This document shows positions 27,300 through 44,090 of a DNA stretch of 64,000 nucleotides, in pieces. How positions within the stretch are numbered: position 1 is the first letter of the stretch; the number at the start of each line of letters is the position of its first letter. A model generated the notes under the pieces. It was not told the origin of the DNA. It did no database searches and saw only the letters and a program-made list of their open reading frames with translations. The translations under genes were made by a program, and so were the position numbers. The DNA comes from Octopus sinensis. Taxonomy: Eukaryota. The stretch is taken from NCBI RefSeq assembly GCF_006345805.1, contig NC_043019.1:7873360-7937359 (forward strand). Direction: 5' to 3'.

Positions 27300-27450
27300 A
27301 ATTAAAAACTATTTACACCATTACAAAATAATCTATGGCTAATTGGAACAAGTGCTAATCGTAACTTCGATAATTAAGTACTTAGATATGACACTTAATC
27401 CTGCTAATACTTTATATTAGCCGTTCCGTAAATCTGATGCAATCTTTTAA
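27300..27450 (+). mobile_element. Penelope-like RT fragment (YRDD-type lineage)
   Basis: 27373-27441 translates IKYLDMTLNPANTLY*PFRKSDA (cf. VNFLDVTLNL.TG.YKPYRKPN). Confidence 0.65.
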
Positions 27451-27769
27451 TGATACACAGACACGCTTAATTTTCAGACAGAGTATTGCGTAAAATGACT
27501 GGCAGTATGTGTTCAAGCTCTCTGCATTATGGGTTCAAATTGGCCGACGGCATCGTTGCCATCCATCCTTTAGGGGAAAGTAGCAATTGAATTGAGGGCA
27601 ATGAATCGCTGGAATATATTGGAGCCGATTTTTTGTGGTATATAATTCTGATCTTTGTTCTGAAGTTAAATGCCTGTATGGATTACTTGGTTTGCAGATA
27701 TAATCCGTCAGGAAGACGGTTTAACGCCTCCAGGAGCAGCTTCAGTACTTTTAACGTTGTGGAATATTA

Positions 27770-28016
27770 GTTTCTACGCTAGGCACAAGGCCCAAAAGTT
27801 TGGGAAAGGGGGCTAGTTGATTAGATCGACCCCGATACGCAATTGGTACTTCATTTATTGACTCCGAAAGCATAAAAGGCTAAGCTGACCACGGTGGAAT
27901 TTGAACTCAGAATGTAAAGATAGATGAAATACCTATTTCTTTACTACCCACAAGCGGCTAAACACAGAGAGGACAACCAAGGACAGACAAACGGACGTAA
28001 AGACAAATGAAATACC
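27770..28016 (-). mobile_element. Older SINE A 3' part carrying a 62-bp 5'-truncated young SINE A insert (27934-27995) with 20-bp TSD
   Basis: TSD gtaaagatagatgaaatacc (27914-27933) vs gtaaagacaaatgaaatacc (27997-28016), 2 mismatches. The insert is the family A tail. Confidence 0.85.
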
Positions 28017-28022
28017 CATATA

Positions 28023-28061
28023 TATATATATATATATATATAGACAGACAGATAGATAGAT

Positions 28062-28095
<34 letters not shown>

Positions 28096-28115
28096 GATAG
28101 ATAGATAGATAGATG

Positions 28116-28154
<39 letters not shown>

Positions 28155-28173
28155 GATAGATAGCTAGATAGAG

Positions 28174-28214
<41 letters not shown>

Positions 28215-28228
28215 TAGATAGATAGATA

Positions 28229-28281
<53 letters not shown>

Positions 28282-28304
28282 AGATAGATAGATGGATAGA
28301 TAGC

Positions 28305-28360
<56 letters not shown>
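28023..28360. repeat. Long (GATA)n array grading into (GA)n
   Basis: Direct inspection. Similar (TATC)n arrays lie at 33220-33690 and 57264-57520. Confidence 0.95.
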
Positions 28361-28362
<2 letters not shown>

Positions 28363-28423
28363 CTTACACATATATTGTGTGTTTGAGTGTAAAATATATA
28401 CTTTCTCAAATGCACAGTTGTTC

Positions 28424-28465
<42 letters not shown>

Positions 28466-31400
28466 TATATATATATACATATATATCATTTATACACATA
28501 ATGCATGTATTAAATTGCGAATCCGTTCGCACAACTGGGCGTATTTCATTTCAATGAATCCTCTACACTTTTAGACTCCGTTTATTGTTTGTTATTCTTC
28601 TGACTGGCACCGCTGCCGTCGCCGCTGCTGCCGCCAATTCTGTTGTCCTCTTCGTTCTTGATGTGTTCTTACTGCCGTTGTTTACGGCGCTGTTATTAGC
28701 TAGTTTCTACTTTTTTGGCATCGCCGAGTAAGAGATCAGAAATTGAATGTATGGAATGGATTTCGTCCAAATTCTGTGGCACCTTTCAGCTATATTATAA
28801 TTCATCATTTCTATTATTTCTCGATCTTTCACCCTTATCTCTGACTAAACCCAGCCCTTTCGCTACCTCCATTTTTTTCTCTTTCTCTCTATGTGCCTCA
28901 TTCTCACTCACGCTCTGTCGATATCTCTATATTTATCTCTATGTCTCTCTTCGACACTTTCCCACGTGATTACACATTGTTTTACTCACCATCAATCTAT
29001 CACGCCACCCTTTCCTTGTCTCTATCTTTTCCCACACTCTGAAATCCCATATTCGCTCTTCTATACATTGTGTGATCTTTAATTATATTTTCTCTTATTC
29101 TTCCGTTCGCTGCATTGATTCTGGAGCGGATATCTACATGTAAAACTGTTAGCACTTAACCTAGCCGTCGTTTATAGGAATTCACTGCTGTTTTTTAGTG
29201 ATTTTGTGGCTACTTTATAGATTTCAACGTTGTTATATTGTCGAGAATATTCTGTGTATGCATTTTATATCAATCCATGCCAATGCTTACCTAGCAGAAC
29301 CAGGATGGTTTGAAATTTTTGAATAAGGCCTGCTATTTTGGGGGAAGGATCAAGTCAATGGCATTGATGCCAGTGCTGAATGGGTACTTATTTTATCGCT
29401 CTCGAGAAGATGAATGGCAATGTCACTCTCGATGGGAATCGAACACAACTATGTCCATACGAGAGATATTTTAATAGAATTGATGTAGAAAGTTTAGGGT
29501 CTCTAACAGCACTCTAATCCTAATCTTAACCCAGATAGTACATTAGTACCCTAAAGTAGAGGGCAGGTAGACCCTTTAAAGCAACGAACAAATTGGCTTG
29601 CAGTATTTTATCGCGAATTCATCCGAGTTCGAATGTTTTCGCTTTTATTCTTGATATATCGATTTCAGATATTGGCACAAGTCATCAACTTCGGGAGGCG
29701 AGGGCTAGTCGATTTGATTGACCCCATTGCTCAAGTAATAGTCATTTTATCGACCCCGAGATGATGAAAGGCAACGTCAATAACTGCCGAATTTGAACTC
29801 AGAACGTTTAGACGGATGTATTGCGGCGTAGCATTTGCCCGGCGTCATAACAATTCTTCAAGCTCGAATGAACAATTTCAGGCAAGTAGGATGCCTGAGT
29901 GTTTTCGGCATTGAAGGAAATATCTTCGTGTGTCTGCTGTCTGTTTATAGGCTCAGCTTTTATATCTCGTCGAACTCATATTTCTCTTTCATCACATTGC
30001 GGTCGAAAAAAGAGATTTCCTAATCAAAAGCGATTAATAAACAGAATTACTTTACTTTTTTTTCCGTCGGTCGTTTACTTCTCCTTTCTCCGTCAGCCGT
30101 TTGATTTCAAATCCTACCTACTGAAATTTGTTTCACAGCCGTTCTTTTGCCTATAAAGTTAAATGCCTTCTTGCGCAATAGATAAACAAAATTGTTTTTG
30201 CCGTTAGACAATATCTTTCCTAAATATTCATTAGCGATTCTTACATCATTTGTGGAGAAAGTGTCTCTCATCTGAAGGGTTGTGTGTGACGTATAAATAA
30301 ATTAAAGTGCATACCAAATATCACGCCTGTCTCTTCTTTAGCTTACGTCTCGCTTAGGTTTAGGGAAGCCAATGGTGAGCATATTAAGACATGTTCTCTA
30401 TCTATTCATGAATAATTGGAATAGGTAAATCAAAAGCAGATGAATGGCTGCAAGGTGCTTCCTTCACATTTATATTCAGCTACCTAGTATATATCGGTTT
30501 CAATTTTTGCACAAGTCCAGCAGTTTGGGAGGAGGGGTACATTGATTGCATCATCTCCAGAGCTCAACTGGTAATTATGATATCAACTTCGAAATGATGA
30601 GAGCAAAGTCGACCACGGCGAAATATGAACACAGAACGCAAACTCGGATGAAATGGCGCTAAGCATTTTGCCCGGCGTGCTAAAAGCCGACTACGATATA
30701 TTATCACTGAAAAAATACACTCACGATAATCTCACGATGAGTGTATTTAATACTACACTAACGACCGCCTCCACTCGTTTCTTGGATGGTAGGAAGATAT
30801 TTCAGATATTGATTAAAGAGAAATACGAGCAAGACCATTCCAGTCTCTACCAGAACATATTTTGATTGTTGTCTTTGATATGCCTCGTATTTTTAAAGCG
30901 CTTTTAGATAAAAAATTTGCTGTTTTTCCTGCATCTCTAAGATCTCTCGAACCATTCACTGGTACGTTCGTCGTATAAACACACACTCTAATCTGTTATT
31001 CATTGTAAATGTTATTGTTGGTGTTATTGCTGTGTTTTCGGTTTTCTTCTCTGATAGTATTTAGGAACTCACTCTCAGCTCAGCTTTGCAAACTAACCAA
31101 CCTCCTGGTGATACAATTTAAGATTTAAAGATTCAATTTCAGATTTTTATCGCATTTCAGCATTTTGAAGTTATGTTTTATTTTGAAAAGATAAAGAGAA
31201 ATGTTTTCTTTGAGAGATCTTTTTGTTCTGATTTATTTGTTTTTCAATTTAATTTAGACTTTAAAATAATTAAGTGCTGCAATTTTGCATTGTTTAAAGA
31301 AATATGTTTAGATCTGAGTGGGATTCAATTGTTATCCAAAAACATTTTTTAAACCGTTTAAATATCACCACTTTGCATCTATGAAGTGTGTTAGGCCGAG

Positions 31401-31499
31401 AGCTGGCTCAATTGTTAGCACGCCGGTGAGATGTTTATTAGGATAACGTCCGACTTCACGATCTGATTTCAATTTCCTCCCGCATCGACATGTGTATGT

Positions 31500-32430
31500 G
31501 TACGAAGGATGAAATGGCAAACCATGACTCAAAGTCGTGTTTGTCACTGCAGACCCTGCCGAGACGGAGGGATTATGAGTGTGGGTTGAGTGGTATGAAA
31601 GGAAGTTAAGGTATTTGTGTGAATCAGTGTGTTTGTAGTGGAAGGAGGTAGTGAGAGTGGAGTTATGTATGTTGAGCGAAATGTCGAGAAAGGCGACGGA
31701 AATACAGGGAAACAGTACAGGAGAATTCGAGGGCAGGATGGAAGGATTGGACAAAAGAGCGGAAGGAGTCAAGTTGTTTGCGGGAGGGTGGGGTCGCATC
31801 AATACAGTCATCAGTATAACGACCATATAGTTCGGGATTGCGACCAGTGAATTGTGAGGATATTTAGGCCTCAACGTAACCAACGAACAGTTTCGCATAG
31901 TTGAGGGACTATTCTCGTTCTTATGGCCCCTCCATGGACTTGGTAAAATTCACCCGCGAACGAGAAGCTGTTGAGGGAGAGAACAAGTTCAACCAGAGGA
32001 AGAAATGTGGAGGTGTCAGGTTGGGTGTTGGGTGGAAGGTCTAAGAAGTGTGTGAATGCCAGAACCCATACATTGTGTGAGATCGTCGTATATAGACTCT
32101 TGATATAGAGAGTAAGAGAAGTTTAGAAGGGCCAGGAGCGGAGGAGAAAGAGTTGAAGACACGGGGAGCATGGTTAGTGTCGTGGATGTGGGAGGGGAGG
32201 GAAGCAACTAGGGACAAGGACATGGTCGAGATTACAGGCAGAGACGTTGGGGCGGCCCGGGATGTGAGCTTGTGCATTTAGTGAAGTAAGTAAATGATGG
32301 GAGGGGGGTTGAGTGCAGACAGTTAGGTTGGAGGCGGTGGGAGGGAGACGGGAGAAGGAGATGAGGTGATGGATAGTGGAGGACACAGGCAGTTATGTGT
32401 GGGGCTGCAGGGCAGAGGTCCACAGTTATG
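31500..32430 (-). mobile_element. Penelope-like element RT core, frameshifted (YIDD-type lineage)
   Basis: Motifs in order across frames: SSTIHHLIS..LPPTASNL, PGRPNVSAC, LPSHIHDTNHA, LVELVLSLNSFSFAGEFYQ, PNYAKLFVGYVE, PELYGRYTDDCI, VAFLDISL....TTSFHYKHTDSHKYLNFLSYH. Confidence 0.88.
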
Positions 32431-32684
32431 CAAACAGACAGAGGCAGGTATGTGTCTGTGTGTTGTGTGTATATGTGTTTATGTGTGATTGTGCGTGTGT
32501 ATATGGATGCGTATTTATGCATAAGTGTGCATGTATGTAATAGGGAAATCGTTTAAGTATATTCGTGTACATTGTCGCCACGCCATATTGGCATTGATAT
32601 CTATGTATGATCTATCAAACACATCTTTTTCTTCCATATGTTGCACCCCTCCATCTTTCCATCTCTTTCTCTCTCTTTCCCCCT

Positions 32685-32716
<32 letters not shown>

Positions 32717-32754
32717 CCTGTCGTATATATGTATATATATGTATGTGTGTGTGT

Positions 32755-32923
32755 GTGTGTGTTTGTGTTTGTCCCCCTAGCATTGCTTGACAACCGATGC
32801 TGGTGTGCTTATGTCCCCGTTACTTAGCGGTTCGGCAAAAGCGACCGATAGAATAAGTACTAAATGCGGTGCTCCAGCATGGCCGCAGTCAAAATGACTG
32901 AAACAAGTAAAAGAGTAAAAGAG

Positions 32924-32925
<2 letters not shown>
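32755..32925 (+). mobile_element. SINE family B, 3' half with (AAAAGAGT) tail
   Basis: gtttgtgtttgtccccctagcattgcttgacaaccgatgctggtg...cagcatggccgcagtcaaaatgactgaaacaagtaaaagagtaaaagagt. It begins at a (TG)n tract. Confidence 0.88.
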
Positions 32926-32966
<41 letters not shown>

Positions 32967-33255
32967 ATGTGTGTGAGCGTCAGTGTGTGTGTTTTCCGAC
33001 CTCAGCGTGTATAGATATATATCTGTATACGGATTATTATGCGCATGTCTATACGTCTATGTATAATGATGCATATGTTGGTGTATCTTAGTTTGTCTTC
33101 TTTCTTCCTTTTCACGTAATGCTCATATATCTATTCATACAGGCACTCAACTCCCTCTCCGGCTGTGTCTGTCTGCCCCTCTCAGTATATTGTATACATA
33201 ATGCACCTCTATCTAATTTTATCTATCTATCTATCCGTCTATCTATACATCTATG

Positions 33256-33329
<74 letters not shown>

Positions 33330-33348
33330 ATCTATCTATCTATCTATC

Positions 33349-33379
<31 letters not shown>

Positions 33380-33409
33380 CTCTCCATCTATCAATCAATC
33401 AATCATTCA

Positions 33410-33485
<76 letters not shown>

Positions 33486-33495
33486 GTCTATCTAT

Positions 33496-33535
<40 letters not shown>

Positions 33536-33579
33536 AATATCTATCTGTCTATCTATCTATTTATCTCTCTCTCGCTCTA

Positions 33580-33612
<33 letters not shown>

Positions 33613-34598
33613 TTATCTCTCCATCTATCAATCAATCAATCTATCTATCTATGTATCTATGTTTCTATCTATTTATCTATCTATATATATGCATATATAC
33701 GTTATAAATATACGCATGCATTCATATGCATGCATATATACTTACTCTCCGACAGAACAATCTGCACTTTGATGCGTACATACATTTTCACATATACCTA
33801 CACACACCATACGCATACACATAAGCGCAAACATTCAGTACACAACAACGTATATATAAGTATGCACACACACACACACACACACACGTATGTATGCATG
33901 CGTAATATGTTCTACATAGACACATTCAAACTGATATATGGCTCGGACTTTATATTTGTATTCTATTGTTACGTTGCCAAATCTCTGTTCTTGACATTTT
34001 AGATTCAACTTTCTGTTGATGCGGCATAATGCAAGACTGTTCTTTCGAATTCATAGAAAATGTTTATTTATTTATTCATTTATTTATTTATTCATGAAAA
34101 ACACTTCTTTAGACGTTTCCTGTTATTGTAAAAAGAAGAAAAATTACAGTATATTTCATCTAATTCTTGCTATCGATATATTTTTGCTGTCATCATTGGC
34201 TTATTATATGTTTTGGGCGTCAGACATTGAATTTCCCCGTCGCTGGTTGACTTCTAAGAAATATCGGCGATACCATTCCTCTTTAAGACAGAACAATTCA
34301 TCTTCAAAACATGAAAACATGTTTGGTATATTCTGTATAATAGACGAATTGTAAAACCTGGGTCATCGTTGACGGATGTAGGACTGGTGCAGAAAATATG
34401 GATGACTAAAAATGAGAATGAATAATATGACGAAGTGAAAGAGAAGAATATCATGGCCGCCCAGCACCACCGACAACAGGAGCGAAACGATGAGTCAGTT
34501 ATTCGTATCGGATGCCTCTATCAATCAGGTCTGACCTCGTCACTGCGCCTGTCTGTTCAGCTCTATGAAGTGAAGTGGTTTTTGTGTGGAAGATTAAC

Positions 34599-35000
34599 AG
34601 GAGCGGCTGTGTGGTAAATAGCTTGCTTTCCAACTACGGGGTTCCGGGTTCAGTCCCACTGCGTGGCACCTTAGGCAAGTGTCTTCTAATATAGCCTCGG
34701 GCCGACCAAATCCTTGTGAGTGGATTTGGTAGACAGAAACTGAAAGAAGCCCATCGTACATATATATATATATATCTGTATATATGTATATGTTTGTGCG
34801 TCTGTGTTGGTCCCCTCAACATCGCTTGACAACCGATGCTGGTGTGTTTACGTCCCCGAAACTTAGGGGTTCGGCAAGAGAAACCGATAGAATAAGTACG
34901 AGGCTTAAAAAGAATAAGTCCAGAGGTCGAATTGCTCGACTAAAGGCGGTGTTCCAATATGGCCACAGTCAAATGACCGAAACATTTAAAATGAAATAAA
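34599..35000 (+). mobile_element. Full-length tRNA-derived SINE family B with internal (TA)/(TG) microsatellite
   Basis: aggagcggctgtgtggtaaatagcttgc...gggttcagtcccactgcgtggcacc...aagaagcccatcgtacatatata...gtccccgaaacttag...gtcaaatgaccgaaac. Confidence 0.9.
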
Positions 35001-35949
35001 AAAGAAGAAAATGTTTGCATCTATGCAAATATTTCCCTGCTCCCTATTACCGATCTTATCCAAGGGAAAGTTCTTCGCTTTTAGACGATTCAAGATTTTC
35101 GCTGTGTCCATTTAGTCGTCGTTGTCGGAATGCAACGGGTCGCAAGATCTAGCGGAAAAAATTGCTACCAATATCCTTATAGTCATACCAATATATCGCC
35201 ATTGACTACTACAATTCTATCGACCCCGATACGATACAAATGATATGAGCTAGGTTTGAACCCTGAGCTCAGTAACTGTGATATGACTTTCTATCCAACT
35301 CCTCAACAACTGAACTACTTCGCATTCTTCAGATAATCATAAACAACATACTTCCCTCATTTGTTCGAAACTGATGTTTATATAAAATAATGAACATTTT
35401 GTCCTCGGTTACGTTCTTGGGGTTTCCTCCCTGCCAAAAGAGACTCCTGTGTTTCTGACACTCTGGCAACATTCGTTAATATGTTAAATTACTGTGAGAA
35501 ACTATTTATGATTTGCATCCCCAAATGTTTTGTTCTTTCTGCAAGTCCGTTGCATCGGTTGCTTAAGCTGTGTTGAACTGATGAGATGCGTCCTCCATTG
35601 CAAAGAGATGTGGGTTGCTCATTCTGGTGCTATCGTTTTTGGTGTATTCTCGCATTCTGTGGTAACATGTTGAACTGTGGCATTTAAATCTGGAATCGGA
35701 AAAGTTTGCAATGCGAAAGGAAGTATCTTGTAGAAATATAACAAAGGTATTTCGTTCGAATCTCTCACAATACAACCAATCAGCAACGATGTTCTGGAAC
35801 TCGCTTCCAGACTGCTTTTCTTTGTTGGGAAAAATGAGTGAATTTTGCGATTGTACTATTTTAGTGTTACTGTTGCAATAATGCTGCTCGTGAAGTGACA
35901 CTGGGTTCCAGGCATTATCCTTGATGTCGATCACCTTGCTTCATCTTCC

Positions 35950-40520
<4,571 letters not shown>

Positions 40521-41204
40521 CATCAACGGTAATAAAGATAGGAATGGTGATTGTTAAACCAGGACAAAAATTAATACTAATAATAAGGCAAAAAGGAAAA
40601 ATGGTTATTTAATTCCGTTCAGTTATTGTTTGATCGATTTCGAAACATTTCTTTTTTCTTTGTTTCAATTCTTGTTTTTTTCTGTGATTGTTTATATTTT
40701 CTTTTCAGACAGTGATATATGAATTTTTAATTATGTAGGAAGTTTCTATTTAATACAGAATAATTCTGACTAGAAAAAAGAAAAGCAAAAAACAAACACA
40801 GAAAATCTGTTTTTTAAATATATGAACCATACCACTTCCTTCTCAGTTTGGCTCTTTCCTCGTTATATTCTTGAGAATTTGCAGACGAATTAGATTTTCT
40901 ATTTTATCTGTTCTTTGGAGGTTGCGGTTGGAAGATAGCGACTGATTGAGTGTTTCATTGTAAATGTCTTTATTCTTTATTCTTGATGTTCTTTATATGA
41001 AACGATTGACATTTCACACAAATAAAGTTTTAGACACAATGGTCTTGAAAAGACGTTTCGGACATTTGTAATTGTCGTAAATAACCTGGAATTGATATCT
41101 TGTTCATGAATTCTAGCATTTGTCTTATCGATTCGAGTTCAGCAATAGCTCTACGGCAAGTGAACAGGTCGTGTGTGTATGTGTGTCCCTCTCTCTCTCT
41201 CTCG

Positions 41205-41247
<43 letters not shown>

Positions 41248-41259
41248 AACACACACACA

Positions 41260-41408
41260 CGACGCGCTGCTTTCGGTTTCCGTCTACTAAACCCACTCAC
41301 AAGCTATTTGTCAGCCCGAGGCAATAGTAAAATACACTTGTCCAAGTTTCCACACAGAGGGACTGAACCTAGAACCATGTGGCTGTTTAGCAAGCTACTT
41401 ACTACACA
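41260..41408 (-). mobile_element. SINE family B, 5' half only
   Basis: tttcggtttccgtctactaaacccactcacaag...cacttgtccaagtttccac...ctgaacctagaaccatgtgg...caagctacttactacac. It ends in a (CA)/(TA) tract. Confidence 0.85.
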
Positions 41409-41433
41409 TACATACATATACATATATATATAC

Positions 41434-41550
<117 letters not shown>

Positions 41551-42259
41551 TATATATATATAAACACATATACATACAGGCACACACACACGTTTTCTAC
41601 TCATTGATATCCTACAGATATAAACTGTTTAACAGTGGCGTCAATTCCATTTTCGTAATAAAGAATCAATCTCTTTACAATGGTCTCAGTATATGATTTA
41701 AATTCTTGTTTAACTTTTATCTTTTGTATTTTGCTATCAATATATTTTATAAGACTAATGATCTGTTTTTCTGTCTCTGAAAGATCTATATGTTTTACGA
41801 GATTTATGAAGTGACATTTTTTCTGACTTCTTTTCCATCTTGTCATCAAGAACGTTACAATAATTCTTTCTTTATAGGTATTCGGTTTTCGGGTAAGAGA
41901 TTATATTACATTGAGTCGTTAAACTTTCAATATTCGATGCTGGAGAATTTTTAAAATTCCTTTAGTCATTAAGTGTTTATGTGATGGTTTACATGTGTAA
42001 TTTTATATATTCTTGTGACTTAACAACGACTATTTTATATTTCTAATAATAATGGAAAACACGTATATTGCAATGGCACTCGGTACAAGGACAATGAGTG
42101 TATATAGAGAACAGCAGTGAATGGCAACATAGATAGAGAAGATGTATATACATATATGTGTGTGTGTGCATGAATGCCTGTCTGTCTATGCATATATGTA
42201 TATGTGTGTATGCATGTATCTATGTGTATCCATATCTATATTTACACACATATATATAT

Positions 42260-42304
<45 letters not shown>

Positions 42305-42473
42305 CATATATACTAAAAGCAATTAATATTCAAGTGAGTTCCAATGAATTCACATGAATGCGGTACTTAACTTAGATGCACCAGAAATTTATATGGTATT
42401 AACCATAAAATAATGTGGGGTGATTATAAACAATCGTACTGAAAAACTAATCCATTCTTGTTGCTTTTTTTCT

Positions 42474-42560
<87 letters not shown>

Positions 42561-43164
42561 CATATATTCGTATGCTAACATGTATCATTCATGTATTCTT
42601 CCCAGTAAATGAATGTCTAAACAAAACACTCGATCGATCGCAGAATTGTTTAATAATCATTATGTAAACAAACTGGTAAAATGACTCGCAAATCTACACA
42701 AAAAACCAATGCCACATATTCAACAGAGACAACAGTGCCTTCAAAGAACCAAATTCCTACTCCTTATACGAAACAAAAGCCTTCATGCATTACATGAGAA
42801 TTGTGAACTCAAGGGTAAATATTAGAAAAGTCAACATGGCAACACAAACAAGCCTGACTTCATACTAAGTCAACTAGAGATGAAAAAGTAATTTTAAAAT
42901 TAATGCGTTGACGTGTGTCTTTATAATTTAATCATTACCAAATATACACCGGACATATTTACCACTATTTCCATTCGACCTGACATGCACCTACAATCAT
43001 CAGTCTTTACTTATTGTTATATATTATATAACAAAACATAACGTAGACAGAATAATATTAATTGACAAAACGATTTATTTTTTATGATTCCACTTTCAGA
43101 AAGAAGAACCTTCGGACTTGAGGACTGACAATGGTGATGAATATTATTAGAATATTTGTAATAT

Positions 43165-43430
43165 TATTGCAGTGTGGAAGGTGTTTATAAACCATTTAAG
43201 AAACACACAAAAACCGTCAGATTCACTTCAACATTGCAATTTAATTTGTCAAACTATTTTCGTCGCTTTGAGACCGCGACTTTTTCACTGACGAAATTCT
43301 GTGCTGCACACGGTTTTTGTGTGTTTCTTAAATGGCTTTTAAACACCTTCCACGATGTAATTGTTTTCGTTCCAACACACGATCTCAGATCAGGTCACTT
43401 GCTATGCAAGTACATCTCTGTAATATTATT
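43165..43430. mobile_element. Small foldback/MITE-like repeat, copy 2
   Basis: 44-bp inverted arms 43174-43217 and 43310-43353 (2 mismatches). The loop is homologous to copy 1 at 5614-5806. Confidence 0.8.
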
Positions 43431-43921
43431 ATTTGTAATAAATTTAAAGCGGCGAGCTGGTAGAATCGTTAGCTGGGTGCGCAAGGTGCTTACCGATATG
43501 TCGGCCTTCTTCACGTCCTGAGTTCAAATTCCACCGAGGCCTACCATCATTTCAGGTTCGATAAAAGTGTGCCAGCTGAGCACTTGGGTTGCCGTAACGG
43601 ACTTATCCTGTTAACTGAAACTGCTTGTACCAAAATTTGAGATCAATATTTATTATAAGTTAGTTTGCACACACACGCACACGCATATTTGTATGTATGT
43701 ACTACTCATGGATATACTTGTATGTCTAGACATGATCGTATATTCTTAAATGATAAAGATTTTTGCAGTTCCAGTTATGGCTTTGATCTATTGTCTTCTA
43801 ATCAGCTTTCCTCGTTCTGGTTTAGGGAATACTAATTTCCCAACATCGGTTTTTATGCAGTATGTTACATGTATATGCATAAATATATATATATATATAT
43901 ATATGCGCGCGGGTGTGTGTC

Positions 43922-43956
<35 letters not shown>

Positions 43957-44033
43957 ATATACATATATGCCATATACATGTATGAATGGGTATGGTAGAC
44001 AGAAACTAGAATACTGTTCTCTCTCTCTCTCTC

Positions 44034-44090
<57 letters not shown>

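Noticed and set aside
41601-41849. 82-aa protein-like AT-rich ORF (also 35563-35934, 25825-26052, 44208-44621)
   Set aside because: No recognisable motif, convincing splice sites or neighbouring exons. Lengths are within chance expectation.
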